Shown here: positions 47,079-58,280 of the stretch, one piece after another
How the letters are laid out: each line of letters begins with the position of its first letter
Position numbering within the stretch: the stretch's first letter is position 1
From: a virus
DNA: 64,000 nucleotides
IMG/VR virus record: IMGVR_UViG_3300021479_000010
Location: 32,207 to 96,206 of that record
Direction: 5' to 3' (one strand)
The notes under the pieces: model-generated
The model's input: only the letters and a program-made list of their open reading frames with translations
Databases searched by the model: none
Told to the model about the DNA's origin: nothing
Made by a program: the position numbers and the translations under genes

Positions 47079-47815
47079 TGGCAAATTCCTCAACAATTAC
47101 GTTGCTCCAAAGTATGGAGTGGTGCAAGAAGTTTGTCTTCAATCGCCAGCTCTCGCTCGGAGATTTTAAGGAACCTCTAGTATCGTCTGCAAATATTATT
47201 AAACAGACAATACTCGGGCCACCATTCCGTTGGCGGTGGAATAGACAAATAGTTACTTTTAATACAATTGCTCCGAACCCATCCAATATCGGCGTACAGG
47301 ATTATTCTGTGGCTTCGAATTTTGGCTGGATTGAAAATGCTTCTGTTCAAGATACTGGGGCGACTCCTAGTAAGTGGTATCAGATGGAACCGAAGATTGA
47401 TCTTGCTTTGGACACTTCAAAAGCAAGACCGCAGTTCATATCTGGACAATTGGACGATGGCGCGGGAAATATAACCTTTCGGTTGATGCCGATTCCCGAC
47501 AAAGTTTACCCCATATCCGTTACTGTGCAGAACAAAGCTGCGCTATTTACGTCTCTAAACCAAACTTGGAGTCCGATTCCGGACGAATACTCGTATATCT
47601 ACCAAGTAGGGTTGTTGTCGTACATGTATGAATTTGCAGATGATGCGCGGTGGGTAGGAGCCCGACAAAGATTTGTAGCCGCTCTACTCGGAGCCAACCA
47701 AGGTCTCACCGATACAGAGCTCAACATCTTCCTTAACAATTGGCAGTTCGTTTCGGGCAATCCTATTTCAAATCAGATTCAGCTTTCTCAAGGCAACGAA
47801 GCGCGAGGGCGATAA
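47078..47815 (+). CDS. Putative adaptor/tail tubular protein A-like
   Basis: PFRWRWNR, QDY, FRLMPIPDKVY and PIPDEY motifs. Confidence 0.65.
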   Translation: MANSSTITLLQSMEWCKKFVFNRQLSLGDFKEPLVSSANIIKQTILGPPFRWRWNRQIVTFNTIAPNPSNIGVQDYSVASNFGWIENASVQDTGATPSKWYQMEPKIDLALDTSKARPQFISGQLDDGAGNITFRLMPIPDKVYPISVTVQNKAALFTSLNQTWSPIPDEYSYIYQVGLLSYMYEFADDARWVGARQRFVAALLGANQGLTDTELNIFLNNWQFVSGNPISNQIQLSQGNEARGR

Positions 47816-50800
47816 ATGCCGGGTGGTTTTCAATTAGGCGGGGCTCCGCCACAGAAAAATCCGCGCTATGTTGCCTTGTACAATTCAAGGTATTGGTCGG
47901 GTTATTCGACAAACCGAAGTCCTCTTCGTAGTGCAGGTTCTGCCTATGAAGAGAGATATTTAGGAACTCGCGCAGATAGTATAATCGACGGATCGAATTG
48001 TGAGATTACACCGAAACTAACCCTTGCCCGTCGTCCCGGCAATCCTGTTTACAATTCAAATACCTTCGACACTGTAGATGCTTTCTATTCATTTCGCGAG
48101 TTTGCTGTCGGAACTGAACAAATTCGTGTAATGGTTGACACGGTTACCGCACTATATGATGGCACAGCGAACGGTAAGATTCTAGTTTTTACCAAAAGTG
48201 CGGGGGCTGGACAGACTTTTATGCAGTCTGTCGGCAACAATCTTTTCTTCGCTAACGGCGTAGATCAGAAGAAATGGGTTCAGACTTTATTTACTCGTGT
48301 CGCGAGCGGACCCCTTCCAGCTATCGGAAATAGCACGACTCTTAATCCTGTATCTACTCCGTTTCTTACAACATACGTAATTGATAATAATGGAAACCTC
48401 CAACAGTTGTTGGCAACTTCCATTACTACGATTACGAATGTTGCTTATACTGCTCCTACACTTACTCTGACGGTTGGCAGCACCGCTGGAATTACGCCGG
48501 GAACAAATTACGGCATTTGGAACATGGCCACGGCGACGTGGTTAAACGGCATTACGATCAATGTTGTTACAGCTGCGGGTACGACCGTTACTGCAACTCT
48601 CGTAAATGCTACTCACGCGGATTATGCCTCGGCAGCGGATACGGGAAACTTTGCGGTAGCGATTGGAGGTTCTCCGGTTACTGGCGGCAGTGTTCCGACA
48701 TGGAATACAACAGTTCCTGCCGCTGGAAACGACTATCAAGGCGGAATTACCGTTGACGGCACCGCACTTTGGGTTAATCGCGGGAACCCAGTAGAAAATT
48801 GGGGGATTGCCAGCGGTACGACTGCTCCGACGGTTACGGTAGGAGCTGCCAGCGCAGCGTGGCATTCAAATACTTATTATTCTTTGCCGGGAGTAGTAGT
48901 AGACACTCGCAGCAGCAATAATAACATTTGGCAGGCAACGACTACCGGAACGACCGGCGCGACAATTAGTTTTCCGACTTCTCCAGCGGTCAACGATACG
49001 TTTACCGAAGGCACGATTGTATGGAAATGCGTGGCGACGACAGCAACCGCTGTCTGGGCTTCGCATACTAATTTTGCTTCCGGGGCGTTGATCGTCGAGA
49101 CGACTGGTGGGGTTCCTTGTCTATTCCAGTTAGCGATTGCTCCGGCATCCGTTCAGCTTTCGACGTTGATGACAGCAAAGTTCGTCGCTCATAGTGCAAG
49201 CGGAGTATTCGACGGCGATTGGGGCGGATCAGTAGGAAACCCGGTTAGCTTCGGAACAGCGACTCCATTAGTTATTGCAGCAACCGCGTCCAGCATCAAT
49301 TCGCTTCTCTGGAATTACTACAATACTTCCGCCCAGCCAATCCTTCAATACACGTTAAACGGAGCGGGCGAAAGTTCTGCCGGTAGTTCAACCACCCCGT
49401 GGGCCGGAGCGACGACTAATTGGGAAATGATGCTATTCGGGGCGTTTACGGTGAATCAACCCGGTCCCGTATCTTTCCTAATCGCGCATGACGATGGATT
49501 CTATCTTGGCATGGATAACGGATCGACGTATGTCTCCGGTCCAAATACGGGTCTCAGTACGCGCACTCTCAGTCCTTGGAATGGATATCCACTAGTTGGT
49601 GGGAATAACGTAGCCGGTGATTTTAGTGCGGGCGAAACACTTACTGTAAATTGTCCGACTACTGGAACATATCATTTTGAGTTTGCTTACGCTCAAAAAG
49701 ATGTCTTTCAAGTATTAGCAGTAACGGCCAACGGTGCTCAAATTACTCCGACACCATTGGAAACTGGAACTACAATTCCAAGTTTCCCCGCATTCAGCAA
49801 AGCTTTTGCTCCTAATTACGCCAGCGTAACTGAAACTCAGTTGGGCAACCCCGGCGTCCCTTCAGTTCCTGGCAGCAAAGCGTATACTTGGAGTAATATA
49901 GGTCCGGTTACGGACTTCGCATGGCGTGCTAAAGTTGCCGTTACTTTAGCAAATACTACAATAACGGATTCTAATAATAACACCGAAGCTCCTTTCGAGG
50001 CGGGTGTTAGCGGAACGGTTGCTCCTACGTGGGCTACCGGAATTAATCAACTTACCAACGATAATCCTAATCTTGTCTGGATCAATAAAGGTCCCGCAAC
50101 CGCCCCGGCTCCGGGAACCATTAGTGCGTTCGCTGGCGGTTTTCAATATTATGTGGCGTTAGTCAATACCATGACTAACACAGTTTCGAATGCTTCCCCG
50201 GCAAATGCTCGAACTGGTAACTTTATCGGAGCATCCGGAATTACTGTTACCGGTGGGCTTCCTCCAACAGCGAGTATCGATCCACAAGCGGACTACGTTG
50301 CAATTTTTAGAACTACAGATGGCGGAGCTATACCATTCTTAATCCCTGGGACCTTGAATTCTATTTATACGGTCCCGTTATCGCAGTACCTTCAGAATGG
50401 ATATCTGGATACTACGCCAGATACCGGTCTGAACAATCTTATTGAAGCTCCGATTCTCGGCGAGAACACCCCGCCAGCAAACGGTGCTCAAAATCTTACT
50501 TATCATCTCAGCCGTATTTTCTTTAGCGTAGGAAACGTTGTTTATTGGACCTCGGGGCCAGATACCCCGGTTGGTAATGGAATCGAAGGTGTTGCTCCGG
50601 CAAATACCCAAGTATTTCCATCAATAGTCAAACGATTGGTTCCTACAACTGCGGGGCTGTTTGTCTTCACCGTCTCCGACATCTATGTAATCATCGGACA
50701 AGGTTCCCCAGAAAATCCTATCCAGCCCGCATACCCGTACCTAAAAAGCATCGGATTATCTTCCTATAACGCTCTAGATATAAATGGCGCGGATATGGGA

Positions 50801-51523
50801 TTCTATAGTACCGACCGTAGATTCATCATTCTAAACCCATCTACTGGGCCGGGGGACGTAGGATTTTCAGTTGGAAACACGATTTCTAGTATTACTCCTG
50901 CGAACGCATATGTTGCTTGGTACTCCTCTGGAGAAGATTCTGGATGGTTCTTGGCTGATGGTTCGACGGGGTGGTACCGCGTAAGTCCTACGCCCGCTCC
51001 CGAACAAGGGATTACGTGGTCTCCTTTTGCAACGATTGTTGGCGGAGTAAAAGCAATCGCTTCAATTGAAACCGTTCCGGGTGTGACAAATTTACTGCTC
51101 GGCCCCGTGACTTCTGGTCCTATCCTGAAAAGAAGTATTACTTCATTCCAAGATAATACTAGCAACTATACGTGGTTTGCGACTGTTGGCAGTCATGTTT
51201 TAGCCAATCCCGGACAACTCGCTGAAGTAGGCTTTATTGCTACGGATTGCGTTGCTACTGGAACACGCCCGTCAATAAGCGTTCTATTTAACGAGGCCGT
51301 TCCGTTTTATACGGGGCCTTTTTCTCCTATCAACAACTGGACGGCTGATCCGCCAACTATTGCAGAGAGCACGAGTATGTACGCTCAGCGCTTCTATATG
51401 TCCGAAACTGGACAACCCGCTGTATGTCGATCTATGCAGTGGAGAATCGACTTTCCAGCGGAGAATTATTTTAACGAATTATTGAGCACTACGATCTGGG
51501 GTTGTCTACTGGTTGAATCTTAA
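47816..51523 (+). CDS. Tail nozzle/tubular protein B-like, with a large insertion including a PA14-like domain
   Basis: N-terminal NCEI..KLTLARRPG and C-terminal propeller-like region; central F...HDDGFYL...G.YHFEFAY. Confidence 0.65.
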   Translation: MPGGFQLGGAPPQKNPRYVALYNSRYWSGYSTNRSPLRSAGSAYEERYLGTRADSIIDGSNCEITPKLTLARRPGNPVYNSNTFDTVDAFYSFREFAVGTEQIRVMVDTVTALYDGTANGKILVFTKSAGAGQTFMQSVGNNLFFANGVDQKKWVQTLFTRVASGPLPAIGNSTTLNPVSTPFLTTYVIDNNGNLQQLLATSITTITNVAYTAPTLTLTVGSTAGITPGTNYGIWNMATATWLNGITINVVTAAGTTVTATLVNATHADYASAADTGNFAVAIGGSPVTGGSVPTWNTTVPAAGNDYQGGITVDGTALWVNRGNPVENWGIASGTTAPTVTVGAASAAWHSNTYYSLPGVVVDTRSSNNNIWQATTTGTTGATISFPTSPAVNDTFTEGTIVWKCVATTATAVWASHTNFASGALIVETTGGVPCLFQLAIAPASVQLSTLMTAKFVAHSASGVFDGDWGGSVGNPVSFGTATPLVIAATASSINSLLWNYYNTSAQPILQYTLNGAGESSAGSSTTPWAGATTNWEMMLFGAFTVNQPGPVSFLIAHDDGFYLGMDNGSTYVSGPNTGLSTRTLSPWNGYPLVGGNNVAGDFSAGETLTVNCPTTGTYHFEFAYAQKDVFQVLAVTANGAQITPTPLETGTTIPSFPAFSKAFAPNYASVTETQLGNPGVPSVPGSKAYTWSNIGPVTDFAWRAKVAVTLANTTITDSNNNTEAPFEAGVSGTVAPTWATGINQLTNDNPNLVWINKGPATAPAPGTISAFAGGFQYYVALVNTMTNTVSNASPANARTGNFIGASGITVTGGLPPTASIDPQADYVAIFRTTDGGAIPFLIPGTLNSIYTVPLSQYLQNGYLDTTPDTGLNNLIEAPILGENTPPANGAQNLTYHLSRIFFSVGNVVYWTSGPDTPVGNGIEGVAPANTQVFPSIVKRLVPTTAGLFVFTVSDIYVIIGQGSPENPIQPAYPYLKSIGLSSYNALDINGADMGFYSTDRRFIILNPSTGPGDVGFSVGNTISSITPANAYVAWYSSGEDSGWFLADGSTGWYRVSPTPAPEQGITWSPFATIVGGVKAIASIETVPGVTNLLLGPVTSGPILKRSITSFQDNTSNYTWFATVGSHVLANPGQLAEVGFIATDCVATGTRPSISVLFNEAVPFYTGPFSPINNWTADPPTIAESTSMYAQRFYMSETGQPAVCRSMQWRIDFPAENYFNELLSTTIWGCLLVES

Positions 51524-52215
51524 TGGATACCTTAAGTCAAGCATTAGGTATAGATACTTCTGGATATAAAAGAGCAGATACTTCTCCGCCTCCGGAATCC
51601 CAGCCACAGGCAACTTTGTTTCCGGCGAGGAATGTAATTCAGATTTGTTCTTTGCCAAATCTGCCAGGCATTTTCCCATCAACGAATAACATTTGGGATT
51701 ATCACCTTGGTGGATTGGTTCCCCAGTTCCGCGCCCCGTTAGCTGCGCCAACAAATGCGCAAACTACCACGGGGACTACGACGACAATAGCGACTTCTAC
51801 AACTTCGTCGTCTTCAACTACGACGAATAATCCTCCCGTTGCTCAATCGGCCTCTACAACGACCCCGATCATCATTGCTGGCAATCAATTTACAGGGACG
51901 ATATTACTAGCTAAATCGTTTCTTTTGTATAAATTAGCGGTAAACGCTGCTTGCCGGGTTCGACTGTACGCAACCGCCGCTGCGCAATCCGGTGATCTCA
52001 CTCGACCGCTTACAATCCCGGTAGGTTTAGGAACTGAACAGGGAATTATCTCTGATGTTGAGATGGACGCCGCCGGTGTCTGGTTTTACGAAAATACGGT
52101 CGGATCGAACGGAGACACCCCGCAATCTAATGTGATTTATTTGACTGTAACAAATCTCAGCGGGGTCAACCAAGCAATAACCGCGACCCTTACTTACGTG
52201 CCCCTGCAAGCCTAG
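51523..52215 (+). CDS. Virion protein with a Thr/Ser low-complexity linker
   Basis: TTTGTTTTIATSTTSSSSTTT; CRVRLY.TAA. Confidence 0.6.
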   Translation: MDTLSQALGIDTSGYKRADTSPPPESQPQATLFPARNVIQICSLPNLPGIFPSTNNIWDYHLGGLVPQFRAPLAAPTNAQTTTGTTTTIATSTTSSSSTTTNNPPVAQSASTTTPIIIAGNQFTGTILLAKSFLLYKLAVNAACRVRLYATAAAQSGDLTRPLTIPVGLGTEQGIISDVEMDAAGVWFYENTVGSNGDTPQSNVIYLTVTNLSGVNQAITATLTYVPLQA

Positions 52216-52217
52216 TT

Positions 52218-52595
52218 ATGATTATAAGAACATTGAACGAAAATGACGAGGAAATGTTGTCCGAATGGATCGCGGCTGAGCCCGATCATGCCGGAAACAC
52301 AGTAGCATTTTATAGCACGCCCGGCACAAAATCAGTTCTTTACTCTGACGAATTCGGCCCCGTTTGCGTGGTCCGGTATTCTTCGTCTCTTCGCTTGGAT
52401 ATGGAGTTTAATCCAACGGTTAGTAAAGACAGAATTAAGGAAGCAATGAAATCACAACTTCCAGAAATCGTAGAACAAGCAAAATCTCAGGGATTCTCTG
52501 AGTTAGTGTTTGATTCAATCGCGCAGCCGCTGATTAAATTCTGCGAGAAATTGGGCTTTTCTACGTGCCCCGATTATCGTCGGAGGCTTCTCTAA
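52218..52595 (+). CDS. GNAT-like protein preceding the ejection proteins
   Basis: MIIRTL..D; AKSQGFSEL.F; FCEKLGF; typical podovirus position. Confidence 0.5.
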   Translation: MIIRTLNENDEEMLSEWIAAEPDHAGNTVAFYSTPGTKSVLYSDEFGPVCVVRYSSSLRLDMEFNPTVSKDRIKEAMKSQLPEIVEQAKSQGFSELVFDSIAQPLIKFCEKLGFSTCPDYRRRLL

Positions 52596-53245
52596 TGTGC
52601 GGAGCCGGGTCCGATCAGAAGACAATCGAAAAGCAACAGCAACAGAATTTCTCTACGCTGACAAATCAGGCTCAGCAAATATTCGGCAGCAGCTCGCAGA
52701 TATTCCAAGACCTAAGTTCCTCCTTCGCTCCCGTGGTAGCGGCGGGTCCCGGCCAAAGTGGATTTACTCCCACAGAATTAGCAACTCTTCGCTCTCAAGC
52801 AATTACTACTTCCGGACAAGCCTATCGAAATGCCGCGCAAGCTGCCGGTGAAAGAAGCGCGGCAGCGGGTGGCGGAAACGCCCTACTACCGAGCGGTTCT
52901 ACCGCACAGATTCAAGCGAACATCGCCCAAGCGGGCGCAGGACAAACTGCCAACGAACTTTCCCAGATCGATCTTCAGGATGCCCAACTTGGCCGCGAGA
53001 ATTGGTTGCAAGCTGCCGGGGTTTTAGGCGGTGCGACCAACGTATTCAATCCTTCTACGTCCGCATCTGGACAAGCAACAGGCGCTGGCGAGGCTGCCGC
53101 AAGTACGGCTAATCAGATTGCTCAAGCCGATAATTCTTGGATGAATGCGCTGGGTGGGGCAATTGGCGCAGTTGGCGGGGCGGCAACTAGTGGCCTAATG
53201 AAGAAATGGAACAGTGGCGGAGATCAATCCGCGCAGGAATCATAA
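52595..53245 (+). CDS. Internal virion/ejection protein
   Basis: MCG start; Ala/Gly/Gln-rich; C-terminal hydrophobic GG..GA.GG segment. Confidence 0.65.
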   Translation: MCGAGSDQKTIEKQQQQNFSTLTNQAQQIFGSSSQIFQDLSSSFAPVVAAGPGQSGFTPTELATLRSQAITTSGQAYRNAAQAAGERSAAAGGGNALLPSGSTAQIQANIAQAGAGQTANELSQIDLQDAQLGRENWLQAAGVLGGATNVFNPSTSASGQATGAGEAAASTANQIAQADNSWMNALGGAIGAVGGAATSGLMKKWNSGGDQSAQES

Positions 53246-55470
53246 TGGCAGACGACACGACAGCTATGGTTGACCGAGGTCCCCAACCGACTAGTTCGGA
53301 TGCGGGCAATACTATTGATGCGGGGCCGTCCACATCTGGACAATCTCCCGTTCCAGTTCAGCCTGCTCCGGTAGCGCAACCTGCCCCCGTTCAGGCTCAA
53401 CCAGCCCCACAAGTTCAAGTACCCCCCGCAGTTCCGCCCCACGCTCAAAAAGCTTCAATGCTTCACGATATTGCTGAAGTATTGGCAGGTGGGCCTACAT
53501 ATAAAACTACGATTAATGCTGAAACTGGCGCGGCGACTCGCGAGAAAGTTCCTGTCTCCGGCAAGCATCTCGGCCTCGCAATTGCATTAGAAGCACTTGG
53601 CGGGGCTATTGGTGGATTAAAGGAACGTGGTCCTAATGCTGCCGGGCAAGCCGCCGCGAATCAGTTCGCAGTCGGACAACAGCAGGCACAGCAACGTCAG
53701 CAGGCGCAAGCTCAGCAAGCGAACGAAGACTTCGAACGAGTACAGAAGCAGAAGGTTCGCCAGCAGCAAACATTGGCCGCGAATATGGAAGCGATGCGGA
53801 CTGCTTATGCTGTGGGTAAAGAAGACGAAGAGTCTAAGCAGAAAGCCGTCGATAATCACTCTTCCGAACTAGAAAGCTGGAAGAATAACGGAGCAATTGA
53901 GGATAGTAAAGTACCATCTAATGAGCTAATGAAGCGCGGTTTCGATCCATCTAAATACATTGCCGTACCAGATGGAACCGTCCCCGTGATTGGCCAAGAT
54001 GGTCAGCAGGCTAAAGATGCCAATGGAGTTCCACTAACTCAGTTGACGTATAGTGTTGTTGATGGAACTACACAAGCCCCGCTAACCCAGCAAACATTCG
54101 ATAAATTCCAATCGTATGGATTGCAGAAACAATCTAGAGATAAAGACGGAAAACCTATACAAATTCCTGAAGGAGCAACAATTTCTTCGGCTACTCTCGC
54201 GCAGATGAATCATAAAGTAGATATGATCGATCAGACACAGCGAGAAGTCGATGAAATCGCGGGGGCGGGTAAGATTGATATAAAGCAGAAGATTAAAGAA
54301 AATCCCGCGTTAATCAACGCGATTGAAGCCTTTCATAATGATGCCGCTTCCGATAGTCCAGATGTTCAATTAAAAAACCTTCAGGCGAAGAATCCAAATG
54401 CCGCCGCACTGATGGCTTCCGTATTTGGCAAAAGCATGGAAGAAATGAAAGCTGACCGCGCAGCAAAAGAATCTGCTGAAAAAGTCAAGCAAGATGCTCA
54501 AGTACGAGCGGAAGTTGAAGCGGGAACACCTAAAGGTCAGCAACAGCTAAAGAATGAGAAATTAACTCAGCAAGAAAAAGAACTCCAAATTCTAAAACTC
54601 AAGAAAGAAGGTGGAGTTGATCTTAGCAAGATTAATACCACGGCGGAAGGACTAGAAGGAGTCCGTTTTAATCCTCAAGACCCTAATTATAAAGTTAATC
54701 AAGGGGTACTCCAACAATTGGACCAGCAAGACGCTGGATTGGCCGCCACGGTGCGGGCACTTGGCGAGGGACGGGAAATAATGACCCCGCAGGCGCAACG
54801 AACCAAAGATGGTCAGGCTATAATGAATGCTGTTAATCTGGCCTATCCGAATTATAATGCCGCCAAAGTGGAAACATATCATAAAGGTCGCCAAGTCGGA
54901 ACAGGGGGAACTCTAGGAAATAAGGTTAATTCCTTCGCTACGGCAATGGACCACTTGCAACGTTACTACGATAATATTAGCGCGATTTCAGCGACTGGCG
55001 GGGTAAGTTCAATTGCGGCGCTTCTGGGTAATGAAAAAGCCAAAGCTCTGCAAACAGACAGAACCGCTTTGGCCTCCGAAATCGCCAGTGCGTACAAAGG
55101 CGGAGTTCCCAGCAAAGAAGAAATTGATAAGTGGGAGAACTCCCTCAGTGGTGGCACTCCGATGGCTGCCCGAAATGGCGCGGTCGAAACTGCCAAATTA
55201 CTGCACGGTAAGTTCTCCGAATATGCCAATCAATACCGCAATATGATTCCTGGCGGGTTGCGAGATGATAACTTCCAGTTAATGAGTAATACTGCGGCCA
55301 ACGCTTACCAGCATGTTACGGGGCAGCCGATTGGAAATACTCAACCGTTTACCCAAGGCCAGCAGACACCACAACAGCAACAAAAAGTAGTTCCCGCCGG
55401 AGCCCATCCCGTCACCGTTAATGGGCAGGTCACAGGATATGTCGTCAATGGCGCGTATAAGGCATTTTAA
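53245..55470 (+). CDS. Internal virion/ejection protein
   Basis: About 740 aa, Gln/Ala-rich coiled coil; position. Confidence 0.65.
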   Translation: MADDTTAMVDRGPQPTSSDAGNTIDAGPSTSGQSPVPVQPAPVAQPAPVQAQPAPQVQVPPAVPPHAQKASMLHDIAEVLAGGPTYKTTINAETGAATREKVPVSGKHLGLAIALEALGGAIGGLKERGPNAAGQAAANQFAVGQQQAQQRQQAQAQQANEDFERVQKQKVRQQQTLAANMEAMRTAYAVGKEDEESKQKAVDNHSSELESWKNNGAIEDSKVPSNELMKRGFDPSKYIAVPDGTVPVIGQDGQQAKDANGVPLTQLTYSVVDGTTQAPLTQQTFDKFQSYGLQKQSRDKDGKPIQIPEGATISSATLAQMNHKVDMIDQTQREVDEIAGAGKIDIKQKIKENPALINAIEAFHNDAASDSPDVQLKNLQAKNPNAAALMASVFGKSMEEMKADRAAKESAEKVKQDAQVRAEVEAGTPKGQQQLKNEKLTQQEKELQILKLKKEGGVDLSKINTTAEGLEGVRFNPQDPNYKVNQGVLQQLDQQDAGLAATVRALGEGREIMTPQAQRTKDGQAIMNAVNLAYPNYNAAKVETYHKGRQVGTGGTLGNKVNSFATAMDHLQRYYDNISAISATGGVSSIAALLGNEKAKALQTDRTALASEIASAYKGGVPSKEEIDKWENSLSGGTPMAARNGAVETAKLLHGKFSEYANQYRNMIPGGLRDDNFQLMSNTAANAYQHVTGQPIGNTQPFTQGQQTPQQQQKVVPAGAHPVTVNGQVTGYVVNGAYKAF

Positions 55471-57422
55471 TGGCTGATCCTCAAATTCCTAATTTACCTG
55501 CGGGGGCGCAAGTCGGCCAGCCTGTTCAAGCGGATACTCCAATTCAAGGATTGCCGCCGGGCGCGATTGTTGGCGCAGCAGTTCAACAGGATACTCCTGC
55601 GGGGCAGTCGTCCGCGTCTGGACAACCTGAACAGTCGGGAGTCGGTGAGAGACTCGCGCAAGGTGCAGCTTCCGGCATGGCCGAAACTCTTACCGGACTA
55701 GGGAAGATCGGTAGCCACATTCCCGGCGCGAATTGGATGGCCGAAAAAGTCGGCGATGTTCTTGGTTTACCCAAACTGCCGGAAGGAACTGATCCGTACA
55801 AAGCAGTCGAGAAAGGTACTGAGCACGCCCGGCAAGAAGCTACTAGCACAACTGCGGGAAAAATTGGATACGGCGGTGAAGGACTGACCGAATTCCTTCT
55901 CGGGGATGAAGCGCTAAAAGGCTTAAGCATCGGAGATAGATTACTCCACGCCTCGCAAGTCGCAAAGGTCCTTGAGAAATTCCCCCGCGTAATGGAAGCC
56001 ATTCAGGTTGGCGCGGATGCTGCAAAAGCACATCCCGTAGCCACTAAGATTATTGCGGAGGCTGCCCGGCAAGGAACGGTACAAGGTGCTCAGACCCTTG
56101 CCAAGACTGGCGGGGATGTAGGAGAAGCCGCCAAAGAAGGCGCAGAAATGGCCGGAACTTCTGGCGTGTTGGGGGCCGCTGGAGCAGGTGTAGGCAAAGT
56201 TCTAAAGGGTGCGGGGAAAGCAGCCGAGACAGTCGGAACTTTGGGCAAAGTTGCCGAAGCCGCGCCATCCAAAGAAGAAGTTGCCGAAAGCGCAAAGACT
56301 GCCGTAGATACCGCAAAACAGTCGATGCACAATCGCTTCGAGGCGGGTATCAACGATCTAACTGAGCGGTTGGGTGATAAGGAAATTCCGCATACGGACA
56401 GTCCTATTGCGACGACAGCCAAAGAATTGATTAAGGCTCCCGAACCTGCGGAGCACGGACTAGTCGCCGCTGCAAAAGAAGCTGCCGGTGAGCGGATTGA
56501 CAAGCCGGTAAAAGCTTTGCTCGACAAAGCCGCCTCGCAAGAAGGTCAGGCTTGGAAAGTGAACGATCTCGTAGACTTTAGACAAGCCGTCCGCAAATTG
56601 GCGGATTCCTACGAACCCGGCGATCCGAATGCTCGTACACTTTATAAACTACTGCCAGCGGTGGACGACACCCTCGGCAAATTGGCTGAGACTTCGGGCG
56701 ATAAGACAGCCAAAGCTGATTACGCCGCCCTCCGCGCAGATTATAAAGACAAGATTAAGTATTTCACTCCTTCTGGGAAACCAGAAGATAAAGTCGCCTA
56801 CGCGATGACTAATGTATTGCGGGGCGGTACGAAAGAGGATGTCGGTCGTTATCTTCTGTCAGGAGATTCGCGATCAAAGGTAAAGGCTTTGACGGGTCTT
56901 CTTGGAGACGAAGGAACCAAGGAAATCGGCAAGAATGTATTTGGTACATTACTAGAAGACGCTTCTCCGAACGGGAAACTAAATCCTACCGCCCTTGTTC
57001 AGAAGTGGACAAAACTACCGACCGAAGCCAAGAATGCTCTCTTTGACTCCAAAATAGGCGATACAGCTATTCAGCAATTGATGCAAGATGCAGGGACCGC
57101 TGCGCAAGTTCAGAGATTGACACGCATGGGTTTGCTGGCGGGGATTGGAGGAACTTTCGCTCATCCCGTAGGCGCTGGAATAGGAACTTTACTTGGATTG
57201 ACGATGGAAGGTGGAGGATTCGAAGGTGGGCGAAAAATGCTTGATTACGTAGCAAACCACCCCGCAGTTTGGAAGAGTCTTGGATTGATAAGCAAAGCAG
57301 GTAAGGTTGCTGAATTGCCGGGCGCGGCAACTGCGGGAACAGTGATTAAGCAGCAAGCAGGACGCGGCCTCGCAAATATATTGAATGGAGCAAGTCAGCC
57401 GTTAGCAGAGGAGAATCAGTAA
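55470..57422 (+). CDS. Internal virion/ejection protein
   Basis: 650 aa, Ala/Gly-rich helical with glycine-zipper segments. Confidence 0.65.
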   Translation: MADPQIPNLPAGAQVGQPVQADTPIQGLPPGAIVGAAVQQDTPAGQSSASGQPEQSGVGERLAQGAASGMAETLTGLGKIGSHIPGANWMAEKVGDVLGLPKLPEGTDPYKAVEKGTEHARQEATSTTAGKIGYGGEGLTEFLLGDEALKGLSIGDRLLHASQVAKVLEKFPRVMEAIQVGADAAKAHPVATKIIAEAARQGTVQGAQTLAKTGGDVGEAAKEGAEMAGTSGVLGAAGAGVGKVLKGAGKAAETVGTLGKVAEAAPSKEEVAESAKTAVDTAKQSMHNRFEAGINDLTERLGDKEIPHTDSPIATTAKELIKAPEPAEHGLVAAAKEAAGERIDKPVKALLDKAASQEGQAWKVNDLVDFRQAVRKLADSYEPGDPNARTLYKLLPAVDDTLGKLAETSGDKTAKADYAALRADYKDKIKYFTPSGKPEDKVAYAMTNVLRGGTKEDVGRYLLSGDSRSKVKALTGLLGDEGTKEIGKNVFGTLLEDASPNGKLNPTALVQKWTKLPTEAKNALFDSKIGDTAIQQLMQDAGTAAQVQRLTRMGLLAGIGGTFAHPVGAGIGTLLGLTMEGGGFEGGRKMLDYVANHPAVWKSLGLISKAGKVAELPGAATAGTVIKQQAGRGLANILNGASQPLAEENQ

Positions 57423-57932
57423 CTATTTTCGGCGAGATTCTCTTTCTTTTATTTGTTGCTCACTAGTTTGCCATTCACAATTTTCTGGATAATAGTTATC
57501 ATTTCCTTTGATTCTACCTATAGTACAACCAGTCGGTCGTTCTTTCATATCTATAAGAAAATTATCAAAAGACCCACCGGCCTTGGGGTTCCATCTGTCA
57601 CAAACTGTTATTCCTTTTGCGCCATAATATTTATATGAGATATCGTTCGGATTACTGCATCGACTGAGCATTGCGTACCAGCTTGAGTATGTCGCGGTTA
57701 CCTTAGAACCGCAAGAATGCCCGTGTCTAGTGTGCGCGGCGCTAGACGCATCTTTTTTCAAACATCCGCAGCTTTGAGTATTCCCAGAAGTTAAGCTGGA
57801 TGATCTAGTTATTACTTCTCTACCGCATATGCATTTGCATATCCACATTATGTGCCGGGTTTCGTTTCTTACCGGATAGAGCGCTGTTAAACGATTAAAT
57901 GATTTGCCTGAAATATCAATAAATTTACCCAT
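57423..57932 (-). CDS. HNH-related homing endonuclease
   Basis: WICKCICG..SCGC; WYAMLSRC; YGAKGITVCDRW; YYPENCEW. Confidence 0.85.
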   Translation of the reverse strand: MGKFIDISGKSFNRLTALYPVRNETRHIMWICKCICGREVITRSSSLTSGNTQSCGCLKKDASSAAHTRHGHSCGSKVTATYSSWYAMLSRCSNPNDISYKYYGAKGITVCDRWNPKAGGSFDNFLIDMKERPTGCTIGRIKGNDNYYPENCEWQTSEQQIKERESRRK

Positions 57933-58133
57933 AATATTTTATTATTATACGGCATCGGAGATTTGTCAATGAAAAAACAATGCTACGACCACGATAGCGG
58001 AGCAGGATTGATTACGCACGATTACGATTGGACTTCGGAACACGATAAGGTGCAAAGCAGATTAACGGGCAAGATGGTTGAAATTGAATTTAGCCCGTTA
58101 CCCGCTGCGCCTGATCCGTCACGAGGCGGAGAA

Positions 58134-58280
58134 ATGGCTTACAATCCGTTTCGTAGCAAAGCACAGCAGCGCTTTATGTTCGCTGCGGAAGCCCGTGGCG
58201 AATTGAAGAAGGGTACTGCCGAGAAATGGGCGCACGAGACTCCGAGTATTAAGAATCTTCCGAAGTATGCGAAGAAGTAG
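58134..58280 (+). CDS. Small conserved phage protein
   Basis: PFRSKAQQRFMFA...KWAHETP..KNLP. Confidence 0.6.
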   Translation: MAYNPFRSKAQQRFMFAAEARGELKKGTAEKWAHETPSIKNLPKYAKK

